64,000 nucleotides of DNA from Eledone cirrhosa (Eukaryota). The notes under the pieces are model-generated. The model searched no databases. It saw nothing but the letters and a program-made list of their open reading frames with translations, and was not told where the DNA came from. This document shows positions 1 through 13,069 of this stretch, one piece after another (the first letter of the stretch is position 1; the number at the start of each line of letters is the position of its first letter). The DNA is taken from assembly GCA_964016885.1 (NCBI GenBank), contig OZ024741.1, positions 558,001 through 622,000 on the forward strand, written 5' to 3'. Made by a program: the position numbers and the translations under genes.

Positions 1-1016
1 AGGAATGGAGTTTAGTGAGGAATTCCAGATACAAGTAGGAGTACATCAAGGTTCAGTCCTCAGCCCGCTCTTGTTCATTATAGTCCTCCAAGCCATAACA
101 GAGAAGTTTAAAACTGGCTGTCCATGGGAACTTCTCTATGCTGACGATCTGGTTCTTATAGCAGAATCAGTAGAGGAGCTAGAGAATAAATTCTGGCTAT
201 GGAAACAGCAGTTGGAAGCAAGAGGACTGAGAGTGAACCTAGCTAAGACAAAAGTGTTGATGAGTAGAAAAGAGGACAAAACTCTGATTCCGTCAGGGAA
301 ATGGCCATGTTCGATATGCAGAAAAGGAATTGGCATAAATTCTATAAAATGCACACAATGCAGATCCTGGGTACACACGAGATATAGCTGGATAGCAGGC
401 AAACTAACAGGTATGGAGAAATATGTATTCAGTAGATGTACAGGGAAATTAGACAGTAGAAGTCGCATTGATAGACACAATTTTCAAATGCAGGAGGGTG
501 CTATAGAAGTGATGGATAGCTTCCGGTACCTAGGAGATCAGATTAGCATGGGAGGAGAGTGTTCCGAGGCCATAGTATCTAGAATAAGGACGGGTTGGAA
601 GAAGTTTAGGGAGCTGCTTCCTCTGCAACTGCAGAGGATATGTGACTGCTGGAGAGAAATGAGGCAAGCATGCTCCATTGGATGTGCAGTGTAAATGTCC
701 GTGAACGACCCAGCCTGAATGTGTTGAGAGAGAAAATGTGTCTGAGAGGGATAGAATGTAGTGTACGGGAGAGGAGACTGAGGTGGTATGGACATGTGAT
801 GCACATGGAGGATGACCGATGGGTGAAGGAAGACGTGGTAGAGGTAGACCACGAAAAACATGGGCGGAGGTGGTGGGAACAGACCTCAGATCGTCGAAGC
901 TCACGGTGGAGATGACAAAGGACCATGACGAGTGGAGAGATGCTGTGCTGAATAAGACCCGTCCCACCCTTGCGAGCAGGGAAGAGCGGACGTAAAATGA
1001 TGATGATGATGATGAT
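1..1016 (+). mobile_element. RTE-clade LINE, 3' portion (RT C-terminus, PHD-like finger, 3' end with (GAT)n tail), family A
   Basis: ORF 5-694 has GVHQGSVLSP, LLYADD and FRYLG; the frameshifted continuation has RRLRWYGHVM; (ATG/GAT)n tail at about 998-1016. Confidence 0.92.
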
Positions 1017-1024
1017 ATATATAT

Positions 1025-1122
1025 ATAAAGAAAAAAAGATGAAATCGAAAATGCAACTGGAGTCTTATTTTTTTTTAAATAAGATTCCAGTTGCATTTTC
1101 GATTTCATCTTTTTTTCTTTAT
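1025..1122. repeat. ~46-bp-arm hairpin from the same repeat family as 11290-11497, 38375-38583 and 44680-44891
   Basis: aagaaaaaaagatgaaatcgaaaatgcaactggagtcttattt is followed by its near-exact reverse complement; flanked by (TA)n. Confidence 0.85.
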
Positions 1123-2276
1123 GTATATATAATGTATGTGTGTGTGTGTATATATATATACACATATATATATGTATATACTTTCATTTATTTTTCTATT
1201 TACTTATTTATTTATTTATTTATATGTGTGTATGTACGCTTGCATGTATGTGTATGGATGTATGTATTTGGTTACATTGTTTATGCTTGTGCATGTATAA
1301 GAGGATGCATCCTTTCATGGATGACCCTGTATGACTTTTGTGCAGATTTATATGACCGTGAGTATATCACATTTGAGTACGAACAGAGATATGTGTGAGT
1401 GTATCTATCTTTGTGGATGTATGTGGGCACGGAGGTATTTGGGCGCGTATTTGTTTGAATGTATATGAGCCAGTGTGTGTGTACGTGCACCTAAAACAGG
1501 CTAAGGAATTGCTGGTGAGTATGTTTATGTGTGTGTACATATACACATATGTATATATATATATACAGATATATATGTATGTGTTTGGAAGCGTCTCTGT
1601 CTTTGTGCCTCTTTGTACAGACAGGCGTGTGTGTGCATGTCTATGTATATGTCTACGTGTTTGTGTATATGAGTAGATGTACGCGTACGCATGTGTGTCC
1701 TTGTATGTATGTGCATGCGTGTGAGAGCTGATGTACGAGAGCATGTAGGCAGGCGCCTGTGGACGCGTATGTTGTTAGTTATATGGTCGTGGGTGTGTGT
1801 GTGTATATGAGAGAGTGTGTGTATATGTATATGGGTGTGTATATGTACATGTGTGCGTATGTATATATATATATATATGTATGTGTGTATGTGTATGTAT
1901 ATATGTATATATTTGTGTGTGTATATGTGTGAGTGAGTGACCTGTGAAATACCAAACCCAGCATGAATTAATTGAAGTGTGTTGGACGGAGAGTAGCTGA
2001 TGAACAGTATAGCAGCAATTATTGGCCAGAATTTATGATGACGTAGAAAAACAACAGCCAACGGCAGGACAAGCGAGGAAGATGTTTTTTGAAGCTAAAA
2101 CCCCAGTGAGAAAATTTGTTCCGAAATTATTGGAAGTGTCCGACGAACCTGCAGTTCTAGAATCAGACAGATCCATATAATGATTGTGTCTCGAGCTGTC
2201 TGCCGGCAAAACAATTGTAACACACAATAAATTGAGTCCAGTGCATCACTGATTTTTCATTTTATATATATATATA

Positions 2277-3534
2277 CACGGTGCGGACGATATTTGTTCG
2301 CAAGATTACTGTCTAGGAAAAAGTAACACAGTAGTTTTATTTTTTAAGATATATTTATCAAACTTAAACCCGCCATTGGCTTTGATGACTGCCTCAATGT
2401 GGCCTCGGTACCGGCTACAAGCCTTCGTCATTGTCCCCCGACTTAGGCCCCTAAAAGCACTAGTGATCCTGGCCTTCAGATCGTCTTTCGTATTGCAGCT
2501 AGATCTGTTGGTGTCTCGTTCCACTGCGCCCCACACAAAGAAGTCGAGGGGGTTACAGTCAGGCGAGCTGGGAGGCCAGATGTCAGGTGAAGTGTGGTCG
2601 ACGAAGTTCTCTGACAGCCAGGCTTGGGTCTTTCGGCTGGTATGGCAGGGCGCTGAGTCTTGCTACCACATGTACGGCCTACCTGCAGCTACCTGGTAGA
2701 TCCAGGGCTTTACTACCTTGCTCAGAACGCAGATGTAGCCATCGATGTTCAGCTTGAGGCCCTCAGGGAAGAAGTGAGGTGGCATGATGTCACCTTGACT
2801 GCTGACGGCACCTAAGACCAATGTTATCACTGGAAATTTTGTCTGCATGACTCTGGGCACGTCTTTGGATGAGACAGCGAGCGACCTGTTGTTCTGGGAG
2901 TTTATTTTATGGTCTTGGCAGAAGTTTTTCTCGTCGAAGAAAAACCACACCATGTGGGTGTTTCAACTTGTTGATCAGCTTCTTTGCGTTGATCAGCTTC
3001 AGTCGCTTTTCTTGCATCGCCTTTGACAGAAATTGTCCTTTCCTCATCTTGTATGAAACGTAGCGATTGTCTTCATGCACCACCAGCCTAATGAGCTTTT
3101 CATCCACGCCTTTCTCCCTTGCAATGGCACGCATCGACTTGCTAGGTTCATTGTTGATGATATCCTGAACTTCAGCGACGAACTCGAGTGTTCTGAAGGT
3201 GTCAGATCGTCGATCATGTGTTTTCCTCTCTGATGTTGCTTTGTAGTCGAATCCTGAATTTTCCAATTCCTTTCTGACCTTTTCCACCATTCTCCTGCTG
3301 ACACTGAGAAAGTCTGAAATTTCCTTATTTGTCCTCCCGGCGCGGATTCCAAGAAGAACTCCGTGTCTCTTCCACAAATTTGGAGGTTCAAAATTATTCA
3401 TAATCAATTATTCTGAAAATAAATAATGGAAATATAGTCACTGTTTTTATGAAGACAAGAGTGACAACGGAAGTAAAAAAAATTTGCATAAAATTAGCAG
3501 TTGAAAATTGCGAACAAATATCGTCTGCACCCTG
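2277..3534 (-). mobile_element. Tc1/mariner DD37D (maT-type) transposon, full length, transposase disrupted
   Basis: 27-bp TIRs (cacggtgcggacgatatttgttcgcaa / ttgcgaacaaatatcgtctgcaccctg, 2 mismatches) with TA flanks. The minus strand reads FFDEK...YMW*QDSAP-...-SPDCNPLDFFVW, with 37 residues between the 2nd and 3rd Asp; one stop and one frameshift. Confidence 0.93.
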
Positions 3535-3544
3535 TATATATATA

Positions 3545-3887
3545 TCATCATCATCATCATCAGCATTTTACGTCCGCTTTTCCCTGCTTGCAAGGGTGGG
3601 ACGGGAACTGATTCTGGCTTCATTTCTACAGCTGGATGCCCTTCCTAACACCAACCTCATTTACAGTGAGTGCTGGGTGCTTTTTGCCGTGGCACCTCCA
3701 CGACCACTTTGCAGTGGAATGATAGGGACCCCAGTCCTATCATCTCATTTCTACAGCTGAGTAAACTGGAGCAATGTGAAATAAAATGTCTTGCTCAAGG
3801 ATACAACACATCACCCAGTCTGAGAATTGAACTCACAACCTTTTGATTGCAAGGCCAATGCTCTAACCTCTAAGCCATGTGCCTCCA
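3545..3887 (-). mobile_element. tRNA-headed SINE with CORE-like centre and RTE-derived 3' tail
   Basis: The minus strand starts ggaggcacatggcttagagg (A box) ... gagttcaattc (B box) ... tccttgagcaagaca; its 3' part matches RTE 3' ends in this window and ends in (GAT)n. Confidence 0.75.
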
Positions 3888-3940
3888 TATATATACATAC
3901 ATATATATATGTATATATATATATTTTAATATAGAAAAAG

Positions 3941-3987
3941 CTTCTACAGGACTAGAACTGTTTCATTCGTGAGAAATCATCAGGAAG
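3941..3987 (-). ncRNA. Minimal type I hammerhead ribozyme (family H1)
   Basis: Minus strand: cttc-CUGAUGA-u uuc ucac gaa u-GAAA-cag uucuaguc cug-UA|gaag; stems I, II and III all pair. Confidence 0.75.
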
Positions 3988-4109
3988 TATGTATGATGGT
4001 TGCCCCTTCATTATCGAGTATGGCCATTGCACGATATACCATTATTAGTAATTATTAATTAATTCTATCGTGCAATGCTTGTGCGTGAAGATTTTTTTAA
4101 AGTGAGGAA

Positions 4110-4515
4110 AGACTGTGCACTGAACTAATCCCACTCTCTGAGCGACAGAAGCTATAACCCAAAAAGAAGAAAAGATCAACATCATCGGTAACTACTGAGC
4201 TGCAGGTTTTATGTCAGAGTTATCCCAGTTTCCTGAGTTGCCTTCTCCTAGAAGAATGCCTTGACCAAGGCTAGGGGTCCTTCACTCCCAGAGATTTAAC
4301 CGTGCCATCTGGTATCCAGCCCGACTATTTCTATGTCCCCACACATACATACACATACATATGTGCATGTGTATTTTCCTTTTTTCACATTTTTAAATGG
4401 CCGTTGACTCTTATGAGTTCTTCCGTCCTTTATCAGGTTTTGTTTTTTGTCCTGCAGGGTGTCCAAAAACACCCTCCTCGCCAAGTAAACTTAGTGGGGT
4501 TGCCAGTTTAGTCGC
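4110..4515 (-). mobile_element. RTE 5'-UTR-like fragment
   Basis: Reverse-complement homologue of 62950-63245, including the ctaggagaaggc/gaaaact motif typical of RTE 5' UTRs. Confidence 0.6.
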
Positions 4516-4749
4516 ATCCAGCTGTAGAAATCAAGCCAGAATCAGTTCCCGTATGAGCAAGACAAGGTCAGCCAACTGGGCACTGGCAACAACAGGACAA
4601 CCTGTCTAACCCATGCTAGCATGGAGAAATGGACATAAAACGGTGATGATGATGATGATATATATATATGTATATATATAAGTTATTCTGGGTTCAATCA
4701 GGGGTAACCACAGTAAGTAAGGTACTCAATACATAGCAGAGTATAAATG

Positions 4750-4873
4750 TTTTAATATAGAAAAGCTTCTACAGGACTAGAACTGTTTCATTCGTGAGAA
4801 ATCATCAGGAAGCCCTGATGATTTCTCACGAATGAAACAGTTCTAGTCCTGTAGAAGCTTTTCTATATTAAAA
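4750..4873. ncRNA. ~60-bp-arm inverted repeat carrying hammerhead H1 (intact on minus 4765-4813; stem-I-truncated on plus 4815-4858), Penelope pLTR-like
   Basis: Hairpin with a short spacer; CUGAUGA/GAAA/GUA core on both arms; flanked by (TA)n on the right. Confidence 0.8.
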
Positions 4874-4892
4874 TATATATATATATATATAC

Positions 4893-7800
4893 TCTTTATT
4901 TCAGACATGGAAGACCAACATAATTCCATCTCCCATACCACTCCCTACGCTCCCCAGCCCATCCCTTCCACCCACCCAGCGAAATCCAAAACTTAAGAGT
5001 TGGTATCATGAACGTAGGCACATTGAAAGGTCGCTCAAATGAGGTTGTAGAGATGCTTGAACGTAAGGAAGTTGATGTTTGTTGTGTTCAAGAGACTACG
5101 TGGAGGGGTGAGTCTGCTAGATTCATTGTGGGTAAAAAACGATGCTATAAGCTTTTCTGGGTGGGAAATGACAATGGCCTGGGTGGAGTAGGAATTATAT
5201 TAACAGAAAAATGGGTAGATATGGTAATAGACGTAAATAGAGTGAACGACAGAATAATTAAAATAAGATTAGTTCTAAAGACATCTGCATCAATTATCTC
5301 TGCTTATGCACCCTAATCTGGCCTACCTGACATTATAAAAGACAGGTTCTATGAGTCGCTAATGCTCACTACCTCTCAAATAACCGACAGTGACTACTTA
5401 ATTATTACTGGCGACCTTAATGGTCACATTGGACAACATTGTGATGGCTATGATGGAATCCATGGAGGCTATGGGTTTGGTACTAGAAATGAGGAAGGCT
5501 CCAGAATCCTGGAATTCTGTGATGCAAATAACCTAGCTATCTGTAACACTAACTTCAAAAAACGAGACAGTCACTTGATCACCTATAGATCAGAGGAACA
5601 CGCCAGCCAGATAGATTATATCCTTACTAGAAGACGTGACAGAGTGTCTGTTGTAAACACTAAATCCCTCTCCCGTGAAGAATGCACCTCCCAACATAGC
5701 CTAGTAGTTAGTGACCTCATAGTCAGGACTAGACATACTCGACGACAGCGGACTACCTTGAGGAGAAGAATATGGAAGTTAAAGGACCCCACAGCCAGTA
5801 ACAAATTTAAAAGCATATTACTTGATGCTTTTGACAGTAAAGAAGAGCAATTAGAGACATACAGTATAGAGGAACAGTGGGAATTCTTGAAAGTTAACCT
5901 ACTGAAGGCGACAGATGAAATCTGTGGCTGGAACAGACTTTAAGGCAGGAGGAGAGTAACATGGTGGTGGAACAGTAAGGTGGAGGAGTCAATCAAGGCC
6001 AAAAAGCAGGCTTGGAAAGAATGTCAGGATGGGGGAAGTAGAGAACACTATCAGGTGCCTAGGAGAGAAGCTAGGCGACAAGTGTACTTTGCAAGAAGAG
6101 AAGCAGATGATAGAAAGTTCATGCATGTTCTACAACACGAAGACCGAAAACGTGAGGTGTTCAGGATTGCAAGACAATGTGTCAAGCAAAACCGTGATAT
6201 TGTCGGGGAGAAGTGTGTCCGTAATGATGGTGGTTTACTTGCCATCACTGATACTGATAAGAAGGTAGCTTGGAAGTGTCACTACAAGAGACTACTAAAT
6301 GAGGAGAATAGATGGGGAAAAAATTGATCCAATAGAGATACCAGTTGTGTAAGTTAATTGTAGTATAATAAGTAAAGCAATCAAAGATATGAAGACAGGC
6401 AAGGCAGCTGGGCCTTCGGAGATAGTTACTGAGATGTTGAAAGCATCTGGAATGATGGGACATACTATGGTCACCCAGATAGTAAACCAAGTAATACAGA
6501 ATGGGGTCATTAATTGCTATAAGGGCAAAGAAGATGCTCTAGCTAGAGGAAACTATAGAGGCATTAAGTTAGTTGACCAGGTCATGAAGGTCACAGAAAG
6601 AGTTATTGCACAACTAATTAGAGACCGAATTGATCTAGATGAAATGCAGTTTGGGTTTGTGTCAGGTAAAAGTACTACGAATGCTCTTTTCCTTGTACGG
6701 CAACTACAGGAGAAGTACCTAACTAAAAGTAAACCCCTCTACTTAGCTTTTGTTGACTTGGAGAAAGCCTTTGACACAGTCCCCCACTCCATTATCTGGT
6801 GGGCCCTTAGAAAACTAGGAGATGAATGGTTTGTGAGAGCTATACAAGCCATATATAGAGAAACAGTCAGCAAGGTTAGAATTAACAATGAATATAGTGA
6901 AGAATTTAGCGTAAAAGTAAGTGTTCATCAAGGCTCCGTCCTTAGCCCCTTCTTGTTCATTATTGCCCTTCAGGCTATAACAGAGGAGTTTAAGACCGGC
7001 TGCCCATGGGAACTTCTATATGCAGATGATCTAACTCTCATAGCTGAATCTATTTAGAAGCATGGCTTAGAATCAAAAGTTAACCTTAAAGTTAACTTGT
7101 CTAAGATTAAAGTTCTAGTATGTAGAAAGGAAAATAGGGCACAGGTACCCTCTGAGAAATGGCCATGCTCAGTGTGTAGGAAAGGAGTTGGTAGAAATTC
7201 CATTCTATGCCCCAAATGCAAACTATGAGTATATAAAAGATGTAGTGGAATCACAGGCAGGATCTAAGAATGTAGATTTTATATGTGGCCAATGCTCAGG
7301 TGCAATAAGTAGCAAGTGCCCACAGGATACTAGCTCCTTTTACTGCCCAGATGGTTCTATAGAATTAGTGGACACTTTCTGTTACCTGGGGGGACAAAAT
7401 CAGCAGTGGTGGAGGGTGCTCTGAAAGTACAGTAGCCAGAGTTAGAACGAGATGGAAAAAGTTCAGAGAGCTAATACCGCTGTTGGCCACAAAAGGTTTC
7501 TCACTAAAAATGAAAGGCAGATTGTATGATGCTTGTATATGAACAGCAATGGTACATTGCAGTGAGACATGGGCATTGTGTGCAGAGGACTTGTGCAGAT
7601 TGGAAAGCATGCATGCTCCGTTTGATGTGTAATAGCAATATAAACGAACTAAGTGAGAAATTAGGTATAAGAGGGATCAGAAGATGCTGTTTACTCGAGA
7701 GAAGACTACATTGGCATGGTCACGTGATGCGCATGAAAGACAACAGCTGTATAAAAAAGTGCAGGGCAATCAAAATTGATGGAAGTTGCGGAGTAGGCAG

Positions 7801-8308
7801 ACCCAGAAAAACCTGGGACGACACGATAAACTCCGACCTTACACACTTATACCTCTCAAAGACAATGTCACTAGATCGAGACCTTTGGCGCTATGCAGTA
7901 ATACAGAAACCCATCTTTCCTACAAAGTTAACCTATAGTCAGTAGGCCCCTCCTAACAAAATATACTACTCCATCCTCCCACTCCCACCGACACCACCCT
8001 TTCTCTGTAAAGTTATGTTGGTACTACTACATCCACTACAAACTAAAGAGGTTGTGTAGGTGTCACAACAAAAAAAAACACACAGTCCACGCTGTAAAGT
8101 GGCCGTGTAGGTAACACAGTAAAAAGGCTACCAGTCCACACTGTAAATGTGGTTGGTGTTAGGAAGGGTATCCAGCCATAGAAAACCTGCCAGATACAGT
8201 CCTATACAAGCGAGTCACGGTCACCCGATCAATCTTGCCTCAAGTGGGACAATTCCCATCTAACCAAGCTAACTTGGAAGATGGACGTTAAACAATGATG
8301 ATAATGAT
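4893..8308 (+). mobile_element. RTE LINE, near full-length ORF2 (APE endonuclease + RT), decayed
   Basis: MNVGTL, CCVQET, SAYAP, GDLNGH and IDYIL (APE); NYRGIKL, AFVDLEKAFD, HQGSVLSP and LLYADD (RT); several stops and frameshifts; 3' UTR with (GAT)n tail. Confidence 0.93.
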
Positions 8309-8319
8309 ATATATATATA

Positions 8320-8348
<29 letters not shown>

Positions 8349-8354
<6 letters not shown>

Positions 8355-9097
8355 GCAGACTGTATGATGCGTGTATCCGAACAGCGATGTTGCATGGTAG
8401 TGAGACCTGAGCGCTGAAGGTGGAAGACCTACGTAGATTAGAGAGAAACGAAGTCTGCATGCTCCGATGAATGTGTAATAGTAATATACGCGAACGACAA
8501 AGCATAAATGAATTGAGAGAGAGACTGAGCATAAGAGGAATCAAATGCTGTGTGCAGGAGAGGCGGTTGCGTTGGTATGGACATGTGATGCGTATGAAGG
8601 ATGACAGCTGCATAAAAAAGTGCAGAGCACTAGAAGTCGATGGAAACCGCGGAGTGGGGAGACCCAAGAAGACCTGGGATGAGGTGATAAAAGCCGACCT
8701 TACCCAATTACACCTCTCAAAGGTGATGACACACGACCGTGACCTCTGGCGTCACGCAGTAATACAGAGTACCCGACCTCCCATAGGTACAAGCTGAAGC
8801 ATATAGACAATATGCCCCCACACCCTCCCACTGCAAGGTGGTCGTGGAGGTGCCACGGCAAAAAAGCACCCAACCCACACTGTAAAGTGGACGTGTAGGC
8901 ACCACGAAAAAGCACCCAGCACTCACTGTAAATGAGGTTGGTGTTAGGAAAGGCATCCAGCTGTAGAAATCAAGCCAAATCAGTTCCTGTATGAGCAAGG
9001 CATGGTCAGCCGACCAGACACTGCCCACAACAGGACAACCCGTCTAACCCATGCTAGTGTGGAAGAACGGACGTAAAACGGTGATGATGATGATGAT
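8349..9097 (+). mobile_element. RTE LINE 3' fragment (family B)
   Basis: RRLRWYGHVMR, GRPKKTW, 3' UTR and (GAT)n tail; inserted in (TA)n. Confidence 0.92.
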
Positions 9098-9297
9098 ATA
9101 TGATTATGTAATCCTAGAAACACTATTTAAAATTGAAGCTGAGATGGTTATAGCTGGAATTCCTTTGATCCTAGGTCTACTGGATTTTGGTCGACTTAGA
9201 GCTAAAATTCAGTGTTAAAATTCAAATCCTTAAGAAAATAAATGAAACATTTCTTTATTTGCCAAATTCTCTGATCTATTTCTGGATTTCGTTTCAG

Positions 9298-9413
9298 TTT
9301 CTAATGCTTGCTACCATTGTTGTTATGGTCAGGATAAAATATGTAAACCCTATTCCGAAGAGCTTTCATTACTGCCAGATGGACGACCTTGCATTCAAGG
9401 ATTTTGTGAAGGC
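9298..9413 (+). CDS. ADAM17: ADAM17/TACE-like gene, membrane-proximal Cys-rich exon (SNACYHCCYGQDKICKPYSEELSLLPDGRPCIQGFCEG)
   Basis: tttcag acceptor and gtatgt donor; Cys spacing matches ADAM17 CKVCC...C.PY...G.PC..GFC; phase 0 joins to the exon at 15164. Confidence 0.85.
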
Positions 9414-9439
9414 GTATGTATTAATATTATTCCTTTCAT

Positions 9440-9955
9440 CTTTCTGGGGTTGATAAAAATACAGTACCAGTCAAGTATTAGGGGTGATATAATCAAATTT
9501 CACCTTCTCTAAAATATCTGGCCTTGCACCTAAATCAGAAATCAACTAAGGCAGTGAATTGACAGATTGTTAAAACATTGGACAAACTGTTATGTTACTG
9601 CTCTTTCTGATCTGAGTTTAAATCTTGCCATGACCAAATGTGTCTTTCATCCTTATGAGATTGATTAAATATAGTACCTGTAATGCACTGGGGTGAATTT
9701 AGTCAACTTTCCCTTTCCATTCAAGTTATTGGCCTTGTGCCAAACATATTATTTTGGTAGACCAAGAGCAGTGGATTGGCAGTCATTAGAGCATCGGTAA
9801 AATATTTAACAGTATTTCTTCTAGCTCTTTCTGTTCTGAGTTCAAATTCTACTAAAATCAACTTTGTCTTTCATTAGTTTGGGATCAATAAAGTACCATT
9901 GAACTATTGCATTGATTTAATTGCTGTTCTTGTGCCTAAAGTAGAAACAATTAGT
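9440..9955 (+). mobile_element. Cluster of degenerate SINE copies (same family as 26338 and 54665)
   Basis: Recurrent tctgagttcaaat, ctttcatc, aaagtacc and ggccttgtgcctaaa motifs. Confidence 0.65.
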
Positions 9956-10189
9956 TTCTTTTCAAAAAATTAGAAACCATTCTTATTGGTAGACATTACA
10001 CCTTGGGACTATGGCTAACTTGCAGTGTTACCAGTTCAGAATAAATTCTATATGAACAATAGTGACGAATGAGGTTATTTTCGAGAGAATCACTTGGTTA
10101 GTTTTTTTTGTTGGAACACCAGCACTACCACTTTACAGAGTAGCCTGGGTTTGTTGGGAGCACTACCACTTTACAGAGTGGCCTAGGTT

Positions 10190-10690
10190 TGTTTCATTGC
10201 CATGCCACCCTCAACGAGGTCATAAAGCATGGCTTGGATGCTGCAGGCTTCCTCTCCCAGCTCGAGCCGGTGGGGCTGAACCAAGGGGACGGCAAAAGGC
10301 CAGACGGTATGACCATCTTCCCGTTCTACGGTAGCAAACCCCTCGTCTGGGATGCCACTTGCAGCAACACTTTCTCCAGCCGCAACCCGGTGCAGTCTGT
10401 GACTAACCCAGGTTCTGCTGCACTTCGGGCTGAGGAGGCCAAACACTTCCAGTACCGGTCGCTCTCCGACAGGTTTCCGGTCATGCCCTTAGCAGTGGAG
10501 ACGTCTGGTGTCCCTGGCCCAAGGGCTACCTCCCTACTTACCACCATAGGTGCTGAGCTGGCTAGTCACAGGTGTCAGCCTCACGAGATGGAATGGCTCT
10601 TCCAGCGCATCTCCCTTACCATCCTCCGGGAAAATGCCTTCTCCATTCTGTCTGCCAGGGCTGTGGGGTGGTGCGGCCAGCATGTGGGAC
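10190..10690 (+). mobile_element. CRE-clade non-LTR retrotransposon 3' fragment (restriction-like endonuclease)
   Basis: H..LN, EP.GL..GDGKRPDG, WDAT, AEEAK...Y, PLAVETSG and QRISL..LRENA motifs. Confidence 0.8.
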
Positions 10691-11154
10691 CCTATTTGCT
10701 CATAATACAGAGAGATTGAAGCGAGGACAGTGGGAATTCGGCTCTTCCATGTTCGGACACTTTCTCTACTTATCACTCTATCTTTCTCTCTTACTATCTA
10801 TCCCCCCCCCCTTTCTCTAACTCTTCTCTTTAATCAGTCTTTTTAGCATTCACCTCCCTTACCCATACAATTTATCTCTAGCTTACATTTCCCCTCTTCG
10901 CCACCCCCATCTGCACTCTTGAAATGTCCATTAACACAATTGAGATACACACACATATTTACAGAAAACTACCAATTATTAGTGCTGCCTCATTGTTATA
11001 TATTTAACCAGAAATGTATTATATATACTCATGTATAAATTGAACCTTTTTCCACAAAAGATATGTAATAAACCACTATATAACTTATTTACTGGACCTG
11101 CAAAATCTCAACTCAAAATACATATGGAATGGCAGTGTGAATGATACATGAGTT

Positions 11155-11199
<45 letters not shown>

Positions 11200-11200
11200 G

Positions 11201-11289
<89 letters not shown>

Positions 11290-11293
<4 letters not shown>

Positions 11294-11497
11294 GTGAGGG
11301 CTTTTTACAAAATGAAAAATAACCGAGGTGTCCTACACAAGTGAAAGTATAAAGAAAAAAAGATGAAATCGAAAATGCAACTGAAGTCTTATTTTTTTTT
11401 AAATATATATATTTATTTGGTTCCTTTACCGGTTCCGCAGTTCTTCTGCTTTTCAAAAGTAGAGTTGAGATGGAGGGTCTGTGGTTTTTCTCACATC
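11290..11497 (-). mobile_element. ~210-bp hammerhead module (family H2) with mutated core (GGAA instead of GAAA) at 11423-11460
   Basis: Reverse complement of 38375-38583 and 44680-44891. Confidence 0.75.
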
Positions 11498-13038
11498 TGG
11501 TTGGTCTCTGAATGTTACTTGTTTTATATGGAAAAAAGTGGCTCGAAACGCCAGGTTTTTAGAGAATTAATTTGATTGGTTGGTCAATAAGTATAATAAA
11601 TTTCGCGCCATATCTGTTAGAACACGAAAAGTGTGAAACAACAGAATGTTCACTTTTCGTGTTCTAACATATATGCCTAGCTTCTTTAAAAGTTTTTCGG
11701 GGATAGCCGTGGTGGTGGTGATCGTATGTCATTGGCTAATTTTCAACCAATCAGAGTACCTCTCTCTATATCTCTTCCACTGTTACTTACGCCTGTTTCT
11801 CTCTATCTGTTCCGTCTCTATATATATCTCTTACTCTTTCGCTTTGCACTCCTCCCCTTCAATACCATCTCTCCCCCTCTCTATATATTTGTTACTCTAT
11901 CGCTGCACGCTCCTCTCCTTCAATATATCAATTACACACGCTTTACACTCCTTTATCCCCAGCGCCCCTATATATACACCCCCCCTCTCCCGCATCTATA
12001 TTTTAATGTACCGTTGCACCGTGAATATATGTGTCTATATATATATACATATATATTGTATATACACATTCATGTATGTGTATACACACTCATGTATGTA
12101 TATACACTGGTTTTATGTGTGTATTGTAAATTTGTACTGTTAAAACACGAAACTAACATTCGATTGACACTTTGATTACCTGTACAGGCAATAGTTATTA
12201 GAATGCTGTTGAAGTGTGTATATATTTTTGGGGGACATCCTGTATATACACACATTATATATAATACAATAAACAGATAAATACACACATATATATATGA
12301 GCTTATTTAATTATAAATATTGTGAATTTTTAACTCAGTTCAATTATATATATAAATGGCTTCTACAGGACTAGAACTGTTTCATTCGAAAGAAATCATC
12401 ATAATATTGAGAGGGGGGACTAGATAAAATATTTCAAATCAAATGTGTATAAGTTATAAGTTAAAATGTATAAATAGAGACGATAGTGGAGGTATATCTG
12501 TTTAGTGGAACAGTAGACGATAGAATTAAATACAGACGAGAATCTCCCTTTAATGAAACAGCAGACGATAGAATTAAGGCAATTTTAATTTTAAGCATTT
12601 GCATTTTTGCCTTTCATCGTTACGGGGTCGATAAAATAAAGTACCAGTAATACACTGTCACTATAAGTAGACGACTTTCAAATTGAATTGTTGGTTCCAT
12701 TTCTTTAGTATTTTCAATTGTAGTTATCTACTTAAAAAGCGTTACACGGTTAGAGACATAATTCGTAAGTTATATCTTCCCTATTAAACCATTGCATTAT
12801 TTCGCCTACAATAGAACAAAAATGAAATGTTCTTTAAAGAAACAGGAATATAACTTTATAAAAAAAAAAGTTGCATCCGCTTCTTTTATCATTGATAATT
12901 TTTTCGTTTTAATATTAATTGTTTTTTGTAGTTGTTTATATTAAAAATCTTACTGTAATATTTACTTAAACGAAGGCAAACATCTAAACTTATAGATTAA
13001 TCTTGAGCGAAGGACTAGATAAATCTCTCTCTCTCTCC

Positions 13039-13069
<31 letters not shown>

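Noticed and set aside
2030-2230. Possible upstream ADAM17 exon
   Set aside because: There is no disintegrin-like Cys pattern; the RTCSSRI-like remnant suggests a decayed RTE C-terminus.
3800-3887. tRNA genes here and at 54665
   Set aside because: The A/B boxes belong to SINE heads; no complete cloverleaf is evident.
12145-12220. Possible permuted hammerhead (acacGAAAc...cattc...gaatg CTGTTGA agtgt)
   Set aside because: The core deviates, stem III is absent, and the region overlaps a mariner-like terminus (tacaggatgtccccc on minus).
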